Assembly: GCF_964204645.1 (NCBI RefSeq)
Contig: NC_134031.1
Coordinates: 9,796,001-9,860,000 of the forward strand
DNA: 64,000 nt
Origin: Tubulanus polymorphus
Taxonomy: Eukaryota; Animalia; Nemertea
Direction: 5' to 3'
Shown here: one piece after another, positions 25,875 through 38,451 of the stretch
Numbering within the stretch: the stretch's first letter is position 1
Layout of the letters: each line of letters starts with the position of its first letter
The notes under the pieces: generated by a model
Seen by the model: only the letters and a program-made list of their open reading frames with translations
Databases searched by the model: none
What the model was told of the DNA's origin: nothing
Position numbers and translations under genes: made by a program

Positions 25875-26228
25875 TCAAAAAAAATTACTATCTTCAAAAT
25901 ATTTAGTTAACTTATTTATGATTATTTCAACATTTATTTCATTACTAGTTTCATGATTATCATATATTTCAATTATTATTTTTTTAATACCATCGATGAT
26001 AAAATCTTCATCCAATTCATAAAATCTTAATGACTCTCTAATTAAATTAGTAATCTTTTCTACATTAAAAGTTTCTTTATCTATTGTTGTTTCATACTCA
26101 AATGTTGTTTCATTAGAAAATGCAATATTTTTAATATGTGTAATTACATCATTAATGTTAAATTTCATTTCTTTCTCACGTTTAAAATCAAACCCAAAAC
26201 ATATACTCGGTCCAACAGTTATATTCAT
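25875..26228 (-). CDS. Acidic hypothetical protein
   Basis: Intact 117-aa ORF with TAAATG start, in the tightly packed gene block. Confidence 0.6.
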   Translation of the reverse strand: MNITVGPSICFGFDFKREKEMKFNINDVITHIKNIAFSNETTFEYETTIDKETFNVEKITNLIRESLRFYELDEDFIIDGIKKIIIEIYDNHETSNEINVEIIINKLTKYFEDSNFF

Positions 26229-26244
26229 TTATATAGTGAAAAAA

Positions 26245-27002
26245 TTACTCTCTACATCTTATAACTAATTCATAAATTACAGGAAAGTTATTCAAATCAA
26301 TTAAGTATCCATTGTGATTTCTTATTTCTAATTTAAAATTATTAAATTGAGGAATACGAGGTTTAAAATCACATTCAGCTAAATTATAATTTATTTGCGT
26401 TCCAAATTGTTTAACATTTTTTAATGGTAAAATATTTAATATACTAGAATTACAAATTGTATCTTTAGTTGCTTCAAATGTTTTTGTAGGATCAATTAAA
26501 TTGCAATAAATATAAAAGTCCAAGAAAGGTATTATATTTGAATTACCATCTACGTTTCCTGTAACAGTATCTGGTACAATTCCTAACAGTTTAGCTATAG
26601 GTTTTTTACCATAAATGCATGTTGACTTTCATCATATACCTTTATTTTAATTTTATTTGTGCTATCACTTTTTATTAATCTAATTAAAAATTTATCATCT
26701 CTTCTAATTTTCAACCGTGCTCTTCGATTAATTTCTTGAGCTAATGTTTCTAAATTATATAATCCTGGTTTTGAAATTAGATGAAACCATTTATTTACAT
26801 TTCTAATATGAATTTAAAAAGTATTATCTTCAATAGTTTTATCCGATATATTATAAAAAGAATTACATAAACTTATATTTACTAATTTTAAATCAACACA
26901 ATTCTTGAATTCTCTATCTAATTGTACTAGTAAATTATGAGATTTATAATTTGTAAGTCTTCTAGAATCAACAAATATTCTGTATTCTTTTAATTCTACC
27001 AT
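26245..27002 (-). pseudogene. Minor capsid (penton, single jelly-roll) protein, frameshifted
   Basis: IFVDSR...SFYNIS, PGLYN, YIYCNLID, LEIRNHNGYLIDLNNFPVIYELVIR motifs typical of Polinton/virophage-type pentons. Confidence 0.8.
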
Positions 27003-27016
27003 TTATTTTACATATT

Positions 27017-27370
27017 TTATTCGAAATCTATTTCATGGTGCCCCTTTTCATTCTTACCTTTGTATACGAAATAGAAATCTCCAGAAAATAATTCTTCTAA
27101 ATCTTCACTTGATAATCTATGAAATCTATCTGGTAAATATGTTCTGAATTTATATGTATTTCCTTTAAATCCTTCATATTCTAAGTGTAAAACTAATTTA
27201 TCTCCATATTTGTTAGTAACTGTATCAATATTTGTAATTAGATATTTCTTATGGATTATTAATTCTTTTAACTTCTTAAATTTATAATCTACTGATTTGA
27301 CATTTGAAGTATCTTTTCTTCTATATAGAAACAATTTGTTGTTCTCACTGTGTGCTTGTTTACTCTCCAT
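27017..27370 (-). CDS. Small Polinton protein, possible OB-fold ssDNA-binding protein
   Basis: Intact 117 aa next to pol; FKKLKEL...NKYG...YLPDRF...VYKGK pattern. The fold is inferred. Confidence 0.55.
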   Translation of the reverse strand: MESKQAHSENNKLFLYRRKDTSNVKSVDYKFKKLKELIIHKKYLITNIDTVTNKYGDKLVLHLEYEGFKGNTYKFRTYLPDRFHRLSSEDLEELFSGDFYFVYKGKNEKGHHEIDFE

Positions 27371-27399
27371 TTATAATACATATTTTTATTAAAATTTGA

Positions 27400-30300
27400 T
27401 TAACACGTTAGAATTCTTTTCATTATCTCGTTCTCTTTTGTTTCTTCTCTTTTAAATTTTAAGTATTCATCTAAATTGCAACCACAAGCAACTGTATGAA
27501 TTCCATCATCTAAAATATATCTTTTATCATCAAATGTGTTTAGACTTATCTTTTCAATTTCTTCAATAAACATTTCATGATCTTCAGATCGTAAAAATCT
27601 CATCTTATGTTTTCTAACTTCTTCATTGAATATACAATTGATCTTCGAAATGAATATTCTTTTCTACTACACTTTTGGTTATTCCTTTTAACTTTTTAGC
27701 TTCATGGTCTTTAGTTTTATATGAATACATTTTAGATCTAATACCTATGAATTCAATCATTTCTTCACCACCTAATTCATCTTTGAATTTACCAGGAACT
27801 TTTTTATTATCATTGCTAAACAATTCATGATTATTAGGATAATTACTGAAATCAAAATGATGTTTTAATGTTTTTAAATCATCTGTTATGTTATTAGTTT
27901 TTATCTTTAATATGTAACTGTCAGTATCAAAATATAATATTTCTACAGGTTTTTCTCCAAAAAGTGGTTGTAATATACTATAATAGAATTCATACATTAG
28001 TAATTTTGATAATTCTAAAACTGAAGCGCCAACATAAATTGGTTTATTAAATTTCATTGATGTTCTTCTCATTTTAACTGCAGCTAAATTTTCATCAAAT
28101 ATTCTGTTACCTAAAAACTTAGGATATGATTGTAAATGCCTTATCCTTTTACCATTACTAACTAACTCAATATCATTTATATTTCTAATATTTTCACAAG
28201 TCTTACCATAGAATGCATTGTTCATTAGTTAGAAGAAATCTTTCTCTAAATCAGTTTTAGCTTCAGTTCTCTGTTTGGTGTTAAAATCTATATAATTTTC
28301 TAACCACTTAGATTGTCTGAATGAAATATAACTATGTACTTTTTTTAGGATCATTCCTTGTTTAAGATAAAACTTTAACATTCTATAATGTACTACATAA
28401 TTATATTTATCTTCTTGAGTTACCATTAACTTAGCTGTATGAATATGATTTTTGGGTTTTATTCTTTTTCGATAATTTGATAATTCTTCATGAGTTACAG
28501 TTTTATGTTCTGGACAGTATGCTAGATTTCTAGATTTAAATTTAATATGTTCAGGATATTCTAAATCTACAACAAAGAAGTAACCAGTATCTGAATCATC
28601 TGCAATATCTAGGATTCTTTTCTTCCAATCAAATTTATCATTATTTTCATGTTGTGAAACTTCACTTATTTCAAATACTCCATAAGGTTGTGGTTTCATC
28701 ATTGCCCATCCATACAAATTATTTGCATCTATATATAATAATTTATATCCGGGGTTATCATTTACATTGAAATATCTATCCCCTAATACACCTGAAACTC
28801 CTCCTCTTATAGATTTTTCAAATAATAATAATTGATCTATATTTGTTAACAAATCCATTTTTATATCTGTAAATTTTAAACCACAATCCCATGTTAATCC
28901 TGGACTTGAATAACAATGACAAGGATCAATATTGAAATATTTTAGGTTAACATCTCTAAACCTTTCGAATATATCGGTTAATAATAATACATCTGATTTT
29001 AAATATAAATCTACTAATTGCCCGTGATTTTCTATTTTGAAATGATTCCAAATATTCAATTTTCTATTATAGACTTCATGTTTAACATCTTCATGTTTTA
29101 ATTCATCATACAATTGTTCTTTCAATAATTCAGTTATGTTAAAATCATTATGATTTTTATAGAAAGAATATGGAATCGCTCCTTTATATCTCATTAATTG
29201 GAAATCATCATTATTTGGGTAGGGTTGTTTTAATATTCTTAATTCATCATCAACTAATGATTTTGATAAGTTATCTAATGAACTATTTAAAAATCTATAT
29301 GAATCTATAAATCTTAAACACCCAAATTGGAATGATATATAATTCTCAGATGTTCTAGCTAACATTTTAAATTTATAAGTTGGTATTTTATCTTTTGATC
29401 TATTTGAATTTGATCTTTCTATTTCATTATTGATTTCTTCTATTTTATGGCATAACTGTTTGATGAATAAATGTGCATCATATCCTGATAGATTATGAAA
29501 TATAACTGGTACAAAGTTAATTTTCTTAGCTTGTAAGTTACAATTCTCATGTGCAGCGCCTATAAACTTTCCATTCAAATGATCATGGTCTCTTACTTTT
29601 TTATCTTTTTAATTAAATATCTTTTCACAATAATAACATTTATCTGCAAACTCAAATGCTTCTTTATCTTCTTCTGTCATTATAAATTCTATACTTTTAT
29701 TTAACTTTTCTTTAATCTTATTTCATATTCAATTAATAAGTCACAAAAATGATTGATAACATTTTCATTTCTATAATGATAATATTCACTTTCAATTAGT
29801 TCTGGATAATCAGATTTAATATATAACCCGAAAGCCGCAGCTGATTGATGAATCTTTTTAATTGTATTTGTTTTTGGTGGTTCATCTGAAAAATCATTTT
29901 CATTAGAATTTAATTTCTTTCTTTTATAATATAATTCTTTTCTATCTTGATCAGTTAGTTCTTTATTTGATGTTTCAAAATCTCCATATATTACAAATGG
30001 AACTTTATTTTTGTAATCATATTTTTTGAATTCTAATATTTTATCCTTTTCATTTGGTAAAACTAATTTACAATAATCATGATTTTCACATAATTGTTTA
30101 TGATTTAATAATGCACTTTCAGTTCTGAATTTATGTAAACATTTTCTACATAGATATATTTTATTATCAAAATCGTTTTCTGATTTAAGAAATAAATCAA
30201 TTCTTTTAATCCACATATAATGATTCTCATTATATAATATATCTATAACATCATTTGAATCATAATCTTTTGATAGGTATAAAGGTTCTAATGTATAATG

Positions 30301-31423
30301 TTTTATATTGTTACCTTTTGTATTTGGTAATTTGATTAAATCAAATACATTTATTCTTAAATTATTATCTCTTTCTATTTTTGGGATATTTTTAATTCTA
30401 ACAGGATACTTATCTATCTTACAATTATTTTCGAATGATTTATAATGTGTTAATCTAAAACAATGTGTAATATCTTCTGTTGGATGTAAGCAACTAATTA
30501 GAGCCCATAGAAAACATTTATCATCTTCATTTTGTACATTAATTACAGCATTAGTTTTAAATGGTAGTTTAATATAACTTGATGCTTCAATATCTGGTTC
30601 TTTATAGTATGATAAATTATTTTCATCAATTGGTTTTGATTTAGTTAACTTATTATATTTTGTGTTATAAACATGTAAAGTCATAAATATTATTTCATCA
30701 AATATTAAACCAGATCCTTCAAAATATTTCTCTTCTATTTTAGTCATTACTTCATTATAACATTTATCTAATTTATCATCTATATGTTGTTTAGATATAA
30801 TATGTTGTGAATGAGAATTTATATTATATATTGGTTTATCTTCAGATTTTGCAAACTTTACTTTAGAAGATATACTAATTTTAGGATATTCAACATCAGT
30901 AATTATTTTTATAATATTTTTCATATTTTCTAAATGTTTTTTATTTTCTACTAATGTTTTTCTTAAACTCGATAGCTGCTGGACCAATATCACTTTTAAA
31001 TGCTTCGGTTATCTCTATATCTTTTTTATTATCTAAAGAATTAATATAATTTCTTACATCTTCCATGTATGGTCTTTTATTGTTTAATCTATTTCTTATT
31101 CTTTTAATTGTCTTATGTTTCTTATCATTGTCATTATCAAAATAATCCTCACCTAAAATATCATTATTCATATTTCTAATATGGCTTTTAGATTTTAAAT
31201 GTTCTTTATAATATCTTTTATCACTGAATGATTGATTACATGTATCACATTTATATGTTTCTTTTTCATTCTTTAATTCATCTAATTTAGTTTCTAATAT
31301 ATCATCTTTATATTCTAGTTTCAATTTATTCTCTAAATGTGTTTTAGTTTTATTGTGTCTTGATTTTTGGGATTTATCTATATTGATTTTACATGTTGGG
31401 CAGTAGTACTTATTTGCTTCCAT
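27400..31423 (-). pseudogene. Protein-primed DNA polymerase B (about 1340 codons, several stops and frameshifts)
   Basis: N-terminal Zn fingers, DKCFLW...HY (vOTU-like region), YGDFET (ExoI), CYYC...DHDH...AH (EndoVII-like insert), FHNLSGYD, YLKSDV, YIDANNLYG, NNAFYGK, YFDTDS. Confidence 0.96.
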
Positions 31424-31506
31424 TTTAATACTAAGATTTTTATTAAAATTGATTTTAGAAGTTATTCATTTATATTTTATATATATATATATATGAATAT
31501 TTTAAG

Positions 31507-31658
31507 AGTAATAGGGGTTTAGTTGCTTCATATCAAAGGTTGAAGGGGCGAGTGAGTAAAAAATAAAAAATAAATTCGAGTGTGCGAGAATTTATTTTTT
31601 ATTTTTTACTCACTCGACCCTTCGACCTTTGGTATGAAACAACTAAACCCCTATTACT
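31507..31658. repeat. Right terminal hairpin (71-bp arms, 4 mismatches, 10-nt loop) within the right TIR 31159-31658
   Basis: Arms aligned by eye: 31507-31577 versus 31588-31658; loop GAGTGTGCGA. Confidence 0.95.
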
Positions 31659-33296
31659 GCCGCAGTCAAACCTATTTTTCCAAATCTTCTATCTTCATGT
31701 GAACCACATGTGAAAGACAAAAATTCTTGGGCTGGCAGGGGAACGATCCCTGTATGCAAACATGCATGCCTGCTCCAGGTTATCCAAATAATCCAAATAA
31801 ATCAATCTCATTAATAAAATAATTAATAAAAAAATATAAATATGTTGCTTCAACTTTACAGTAATATGAAAAACGTCATTTTGTCCCAGAATGATAAGAT
31901 AAAGACCCAGTTTCAATAATTATATTTATTTATCACATAGATTTATTATATATTACTGTTTCAAAATAATAAATATTATAGATTTGTATAATATTACTGT
32001 TTCAGTAATGATAAATCTTTGTCTTTATTGTCTTTAGTAGTTTAGCAGTTTTGAAAATAATTTTATTCAATTAGGAGAAACAATAAAATAATACAAGAGT
32101 GATGTTGTTACAAGACTAACTGTTAGTATCACTCTTGTATTATTTTATTGTTTCTCCTAATTGAATAAACCAACTAACTAATATCACTCTTGTATTATCC
32201 TAGTCAAATTAAAGAATTACAATATCATATTTGAATAAATTAAAACATAAATTACTTCATTTTCAGAAATAAAACATAATATGTATTTAATACATTAATA
32301 CGTATTTAATACCATTAATACGTATTTGATACGTATTGAATACGTATTAAATACATTGATACGTATGTAATACGTATTTAATACATTGATACCTCAACCC
32401 CCTTTTTTGATTAACTAATATTTCATACAATATTTCATACATTTCAGCTAATTTAACACGTCTTATTCGTGATTTATTTCATTTAGTTTATGAATATACA
32501 ATGTACACAATTCAATACTTAAAGAGTTTAACAATCTAATGGTTTCATTGTAATCCTCTTTTATTAATGATAAAAGTAAATATATAATTGAATATGATTT
32601 ATAGTGTTGGAAATCCAGTGTTGGAAATATAAAATATATAAGCTGAATATATAAAATATATTGGCTAAAGAATATGAAAATGTGCCTCTTTTATTCTATA
32701 TAAAAATAAATATGAATATTAATATGAATATGAATATAATACCCCTTGTGTCTTTATGTCTTTAGTACTTTTAGTACTTTATTGAAACAGTAATATATAA
32801 TAAATCTGTGAGATAAATAAATACTATATTTATCATTATTGAATCAAATTTATACAATAAATATATGATATTTATTACTGAATCAAATATATATGATGAA
32901 TCTATGTGTGTTGGTTGGTTTGTGTCTTTATTGTCTTTAGTAGTTTTAGTACTTTTAGTACATAAAGAATAAATATATATATTATTCTTACTGAATAAAA
33001 TTATTTTCAAAACTACTAAACTACTAAAGACAATAAAGACAAAGATTTATCATTACTGAAACAGTAATATTTAATAAATCTATGATATTTATTATTTTGA
33101 AACAATAATATATAATAAATCTATGTGATAAATAAATATTATTATTTAAACTGGGTCTTTATCTCCTTAGTAGTTTAGTAGTTCTATTTTTTTCAACTAC
33201 TAATAAAATTAAGATTTATTCGTTATGTACTAAAAGTACTAAGACTACTAAAGACAATGAAGACATAAGGGGGTATTAATCTAAATATTGTATATC

Positions 33297-33603
33297 TTAA
33301 TTTGAATTATACAGTTTATTGTTAAGCTCATGAATATATTTATAATTCCTTAATGATTTATTATTTTTATATCTTTTATTACAAATTTCACAACACTTAA
33401 TATTATTCAATCTATCTGAAATAAATTTTATATTTTCTATTAATTCAGTGTATCTAATTTTACAGCTATCATAGAATTCTAACAACTGTTTTATACTATA
33501 AATTGAAAAAGAAAATAAACCTGAAATCATAATAATTGATTTAATATTCTGTTGATTTTTATATATTAGATGTAATATTTCTTATACCTTATTTTCACTC
33601 ATT
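33297..33603 (-). pseudogene. Small C2H2-like zinc-finger protein remnant
   Basis: CEICNKRYKNNKSLRNYKYIH within ORF 33297-33530; upstream ATG at 33603. Confidence 0.45.
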
Positions 33604-33640
33604 TTTATAGTCAAAATATATGAAATTTAAAGATGCTGTT

Positions 33641-33862
33641 TTAATCCTCTAAATCATTTTCATTATTAACTTTTTTATTGTTATTTTTTCTGTGATTGTT
33701 CCCATTTAACTTCTTTAATTTCTTGTTCAATTTTATATTTTCATTCATCAAATCTTTTGAAATGTTCTCATAGTAAAAATATAATGCAGCCAAAATTAAT
33801 CCTCCTGCTACTAAATAATGCTTCAAATCACTACTTCCGGTTGGTATGTTGAAATCATACAT
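33641..33862 (-). CDS. Small membrane protein (one TM plus a coiled/basic tail)
   Basis: YLVAGGLILAALYFYY; TAAATG start. Confidence 0.55.
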   Translation of the reverse strand: MYDFNIPTGSSDLKHYLVAGGLILAALYFYYENISKDLMNENIKLNKKLKKLNGNNHRKNNNKKVNNENDLED

Positions 33863-34029
33863 TTATTTCAGAAAAAAATTATTAAATTGATAAATATTTA
33901 ATATTTTAGAAATATTTAACTTTTATATGTTTCAAATCAAATAACAATTAAACTTACTACCTAACAGTTATTCATTAACTAATTTCTCCATGCTTTAACT
34001 ACTATATATTTGAAACATACAACTTAATC

Positions 34030-34695
34030 TTATTTCAATATATATTTATTATTCTTTTCATAATTGATATGTTTAACTGTTTGATAATGCTTTGATTTAT
34101 GTGATCTTAAATATTTGCCACCGCAATAACAATACACTTTTTCATTAGGATTGAATTTTCTAAATTCATCATCTGAATTACATTGAACTGCAACATCTTT
34201 ATATGATTTTTCATTATCTAAATCACATTGAATTCTAATATTTGATGAATTTTCATTATAGATAATTTGTTTATTATCAAAATTGAAATAATAGAATTGT
34301 CTTTTTTCAATTCTTAAGTTAATCAAATCATTATAATCTTTAGCAAGTATTATGTCACTTTTTCTTTCATTGAAAGGAGTTTTAAGTATATTTATTATGT
34401 TTTCATCTAAAGTTCCTTTAAAATTAAAAACTGTATTAAATATTTTAGGATTTTTAACACCATTATCAAAAGTATCAATTAGTTCAGTAATTAAATATGT
34501 TTCATTTGATGATATTTGATTAATCATAGTAATGTTATCAATTTTATAATACCTTGCGGACACTAAATTTGTTGCTGAGATATAATTTTTAATGTTAAAC
34601 TATGAAAATGATTTATTGGTTTCTTTTATTTCGATTTTGAATTTGGGTTCTTCTTCTTTCTTCATTTTAATAACAAAACTTTTATTAAAACTCAT
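34030..34695 (-). pseudogene. Polinton left-end gene (MSFNK type), in-frame stop near 34600
   Basis: Homologous to 4788-5437 and 38452-39106. Confidence 0.8.
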
Positions 34696-35388
34696 TCAAA
34701 CTTAAATATTCAATGTTAAAATATGAATTATTTCAATCACACTTTACTGACCCTTTTAATGTTTAAAAATCTAACTCATACAAATATAAATATTGAAATA
34801 TGTTTAAAATATAAACTTTTTCACTCACACTTTACTCACACTTTTATATTCTTTTAGTTATCCATTTATTTTACTTATATTTCTACTCGAAATCTGTTAA
34901 AATATGAATTATTACTCACATTTTACTCACACTTTTGTAATTAACATATAAATGATTTTAAGATATATGAAATTCATGTAAATAATGTTCATTTATATGA
35001 TATTATTATAAGTAAAAGGGAATAAGTTGTTTCATATCAAAGGTTGAGGGGAGAGGGTGCTCGACCCTTCGACCTTTGGTATGAAACAACTTATTCCCTA
35101 TTACTCACTGCTAAATGCAAATTCCACGAATTTAAAATGCAATGTACTGGGGCATGTCGATTTGATGCTGTGGGCATCCCCAGTGATGAAAAGTGGCACC
35201 CGCCCTAGAAATGATACATAGGACCTATATAATGGATCTAGCATTGTTGCCAAGTGGTACTAAAAATGCCATCAAAACTTACAATTCTGAGATCTAACTC
35301 CCTCACTATTATGCACGGCCCTTGAAGCAGCGTGTAATGCAAAATACTACTGATCTACTGATGACTTACCTCAGGTTTTTCTATGTAG

Positions 35389-35546
35389 TATATTAAGACA
35401 TTCATCAATGAATCGTGGATTCCAGCGGATACAAATCCCAGCAATGATGCTATAAACATGGTGTGGTCGGTGATAAATTCAATTTACCTGGCTGCAGGAT
35501 GTATCGGAGCGCTATCAGCTGGGTGGTTGGCCAACAAATTTGGAAG
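35389..35546 (+). CDS. Host SLC2A/GLUT-like exon (loop 1, TM2)
   Basis: tgtAG|YIKTFINESWIPADTNPSNDAINMVWSVINSIYLAAGCIGALSAGWLANKFG(R)|GTaggt; 158 bp, phase 0/2. Confidence 0.9.
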
Positions 35547-35619
35547 GTAGGTTCTCGGAAATTGTATCTAAAATGATTTTTAAATAACATGAGAGTCTGG
35601 TTAATCAGAAATATATGTT

Positions 35620-35775
35620 AAGCGGGGGACACAATGGGCGATTTCGTCGGCCGATTTCATGACGAAATTGACTGTGCGTCAGGGTCGGCGATTGAGTCGG
35701 CCGACGAAATCGCCAAAATCCAACACGTTGGATTTCGTCGCCGCGATGTAGCACGGAACCCTGTCACACTATACC
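35620..35775. mobile_element. GC-rich MITE remnant
   Basis: Inverted GGCGATTTCGTCGGCCGA / TCGGCCGACGAAATCGCC; family uncertain. Confidence 0.35.
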
Positions 35776-36127
35776 GGGTGCGCAGTTTTAAGCCAGTTCC
35801 ACCGGTGATATTTTGCGAAGAAAATGACAATTTTATTTCAAACTGTAGCCGAGCCCGCGAAAGAATGGCTATTACATAATTCTGTTTCGTATCTTTTTTA
35901 AATTTTGTTTATTTATTAGAAATTTCGTCATTTCGTAACCAGTTCGTATGGATTTGTTTATTCCGTAAATGTTGTCAATAAATCTTAAGAATGAGAACTT
36001 TTTATGACCGGTCGCTGGCTGGAAAAGAACAATAGAGCAACGAATTGATTATGTGTTATTCTCCCCACTATTCATACTCGAGAGGAATCGTAAAGACACA
36101 TACTCATTGCATCCTTTCTTATTTCAG

Positions 36128-36252
36128 AAAAAAATCGTTAATTGGACTGCACGTGTTTGGAATTGTTGGTTCAATGATGTTTGCACTATGTAGATATGCT
36201 AATTCGTATATAGTGGTGATTATTGCAAGGTTTTTGGTGGGTATCGCTTGCG
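36128..36252 (+). CDS. Host SLC2A/GLUT-like exon (TM3-TM4)
   Basis: tttcAG|(R)KKSLIGLHVFGIVGSMMFALCRYANSYIVVIIARFLVGIAC(G)|GTacgt; completes the FGRK motif; phase 2/1. No later exon recognised in the window. Confidence 0.9.
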
Positions 36253-38451
36253 GTACGTTTCATTTATATTCATTTTTAAGCTTGAAGAGTGGTAATCCAC
36301 AATCAATACTTCGAATTGAAATAAAAACAGAGGAGTGGGATTGTTTGCATCGCAAATCATAAAGGCCTCTTATCATACCACTACCCCACCCACCCATCCC
36401 CCCACGAAGTGTCCTGGTGCGTCCGTGGAGCAAATCTTGTCCGGATATCTACTCCTAGACTACTGGCTCTCTCTTCTTGTAACTTTATACAAATTTTTGT
36501 CTGGATATGAAGTTTTTTTGTGTGGTTGGAAAATCGTGTTAAATCAACGCTTAAGACGCTTGTGTGTGGAACTTTGTATGGTAACAATAGAAGGACAACA
36601 GTGGGAAATCGCTGATTGTTCAGTCAGCTCTCGGTGAGATCGTTCTTTTCATAAATTCTGAATTTGAAAAAATTTCGATTAATCGATTTCTCCCTTTCTT
36701 CTGCGATCGCTCATGATCGTAATAAACTCATTTTTATCATCCTCGCTTGCCAGGGGTCCGGTATCGCTCCCGAACTCGCTTCCACCAGCCCCCTGGCCTC
36801 ACGAAGCGTGATTTTATTACTGGCGCTGTTGCGCATGGCGTCATATATCAACGGGCGAGAATACTTCCGCGTTCACTACGTGTTCGCTGATTGGTCCATT
36901 TACCGGGAAATTCCATAGATGCCTAATGTCGTTTGTAACAAGCGCTGTGATTGGCCCGACCTGATTCTGGTCGGCTAGTGACGACTCCAACGACTCGTGA
37001 GGTCAAGGGGTTCGGGGAACGGCTTTAGCAGAGTGGATTCGAATCCCTTGACGGGTGAAGATGATTTTTATTAGCATCTGGGACTCGAACCCTACCTGCC
37101 AAAAATGTCGTTCTACTCAGAACGGATTCTGCTTGTTCAAGATCAGTTAGATGTTCAGTTTGCTAGGAGTGGAGTTCACCTGGAAATGGGTGGTGGACAA
37201 ATCCCACTCCTACGCTTGGCGTAAATGGAAGTATAATGCAGCATGCAGACACATCTGTTGTTTTAGAGGTTTCTAGGGGCGTCCATAAAAAGACTTGAAA
37301 CGGTTCTCAACAATATGAAAGAAACGATGAACGACTGAATTCGGCGAACGATATATAGTAACTGATTATTATTCAGGAAACACACGCTAACCACGTGAGT
37401 CTGCTGCTGGAAGTAAATAGGCGGGGCATGCGTGTTTAGTAAATACTTCATTGGCTAATCTTAGTGTCTATGTATATGAGTGCGCCGGGCTGAATATTGC
37501 TGTGCGAATTGGCCATATAAACAAATGCGTTGAAATATAATCATGTTATTATCTAACAATCCAGGCCGCAGACTGTGAGAGTAGTGAATAGCAGAGCATT
37601 AAACAATTTCGAATCTCGGCTGAGTGGTGAAACCTACTGACCGAGGGTTTATATACGAGTCATTGGGGTATACCCACTTCTACGAGTATTCGTGATGAAT
37701 CGTCATGTAGTTGTGTGTGATTACTACATGAGTAGTGTGCTTCGCGGTGTTTTGTCAGTTGACGGATTTTCATAAAAATCCATTGGTTCACTTGGAGACC
37801 CGTTATGATTTTCGGCTCGCGTTAGCCTATGTCAACGTTCTGGCCGAACGATAATAAATCCTAAGCTTAATACACAACGCACAAGGCTATTTTAGGACAC
37901 TATGGCGTGCTAAAAAACGAAAAACCTCAAAATATCGGTTATACATAGGCGCTTTTACGAAATTGAATCTGATTCGGTTTAGCTAAATCCGATTCGATGT
38001 CGGAAACCGAAAGGATTAGTAAATCGAATTGTTTTTCGTAAGCGAATAGTAATAGGAGTATTGGGCTTTCAAGCCAAAGGTCGAAGGGTCGAGCTCGTAA
38101 AAAAATGAAAATATCAATAATTTCTACTTGAATTAGTCGCGAAACTCATAAAAAATGTAAAATAATTCTCGCACACTCGAATTTATTTTTCATTTTTACT
38201 CGCTATTAAAAGTGTGAGTAAAGTGTGAGTGAAATAATTCATATTTTAACAGATTTCGAGTAAAAATATAAGTAAAATAAATGGATAACTAAAAGAATAT
38301 AAAAGTGTGAGTAAAGTGTGAGTGAAATAGTTTATATTTTAAACATATTTCAATATTTATATTTGTATGAGTTAGATTTTTAAACATTAAAAGTGTCATT
38401 AAAGTGTGATTGAAATAATTTATATTTAAAGCAGTGAATATTTATACTTGA

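Larger units (their letters stand above)
15470..31658. mobile_element. Full-length Polinton/Maverick (adintovirus-like endogenous virus), 16.2 kb, inactivated
   Basis: 6-bp TSD GCCGCA at 15464-15469 and 31659-31664; AG...CT ends; long TIRs; pPolB, integrase, ATPase, MCP and penton genes in two convergent blocks. Confidence 0.96.
31800..35105 (-). mobile_element. Polinton fragment C (left end of a related variant, reversed; inner boundary approximate)
   Basis: Terminus ...CCCTATTACT at 35105 with a 95-bp hairpin (35011-35105); MSFNK gene; two small ORFs; AT-rich inverted-repeat region. Confidence 0.8.

Noticed and set aside
36325-37235. AGGAGTGGGATT / AATCCCACTCCT inverted motifs, possibly a Helentron-associated element
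   Set aside because: Boundaries and diagnostic hairpin could not be established.
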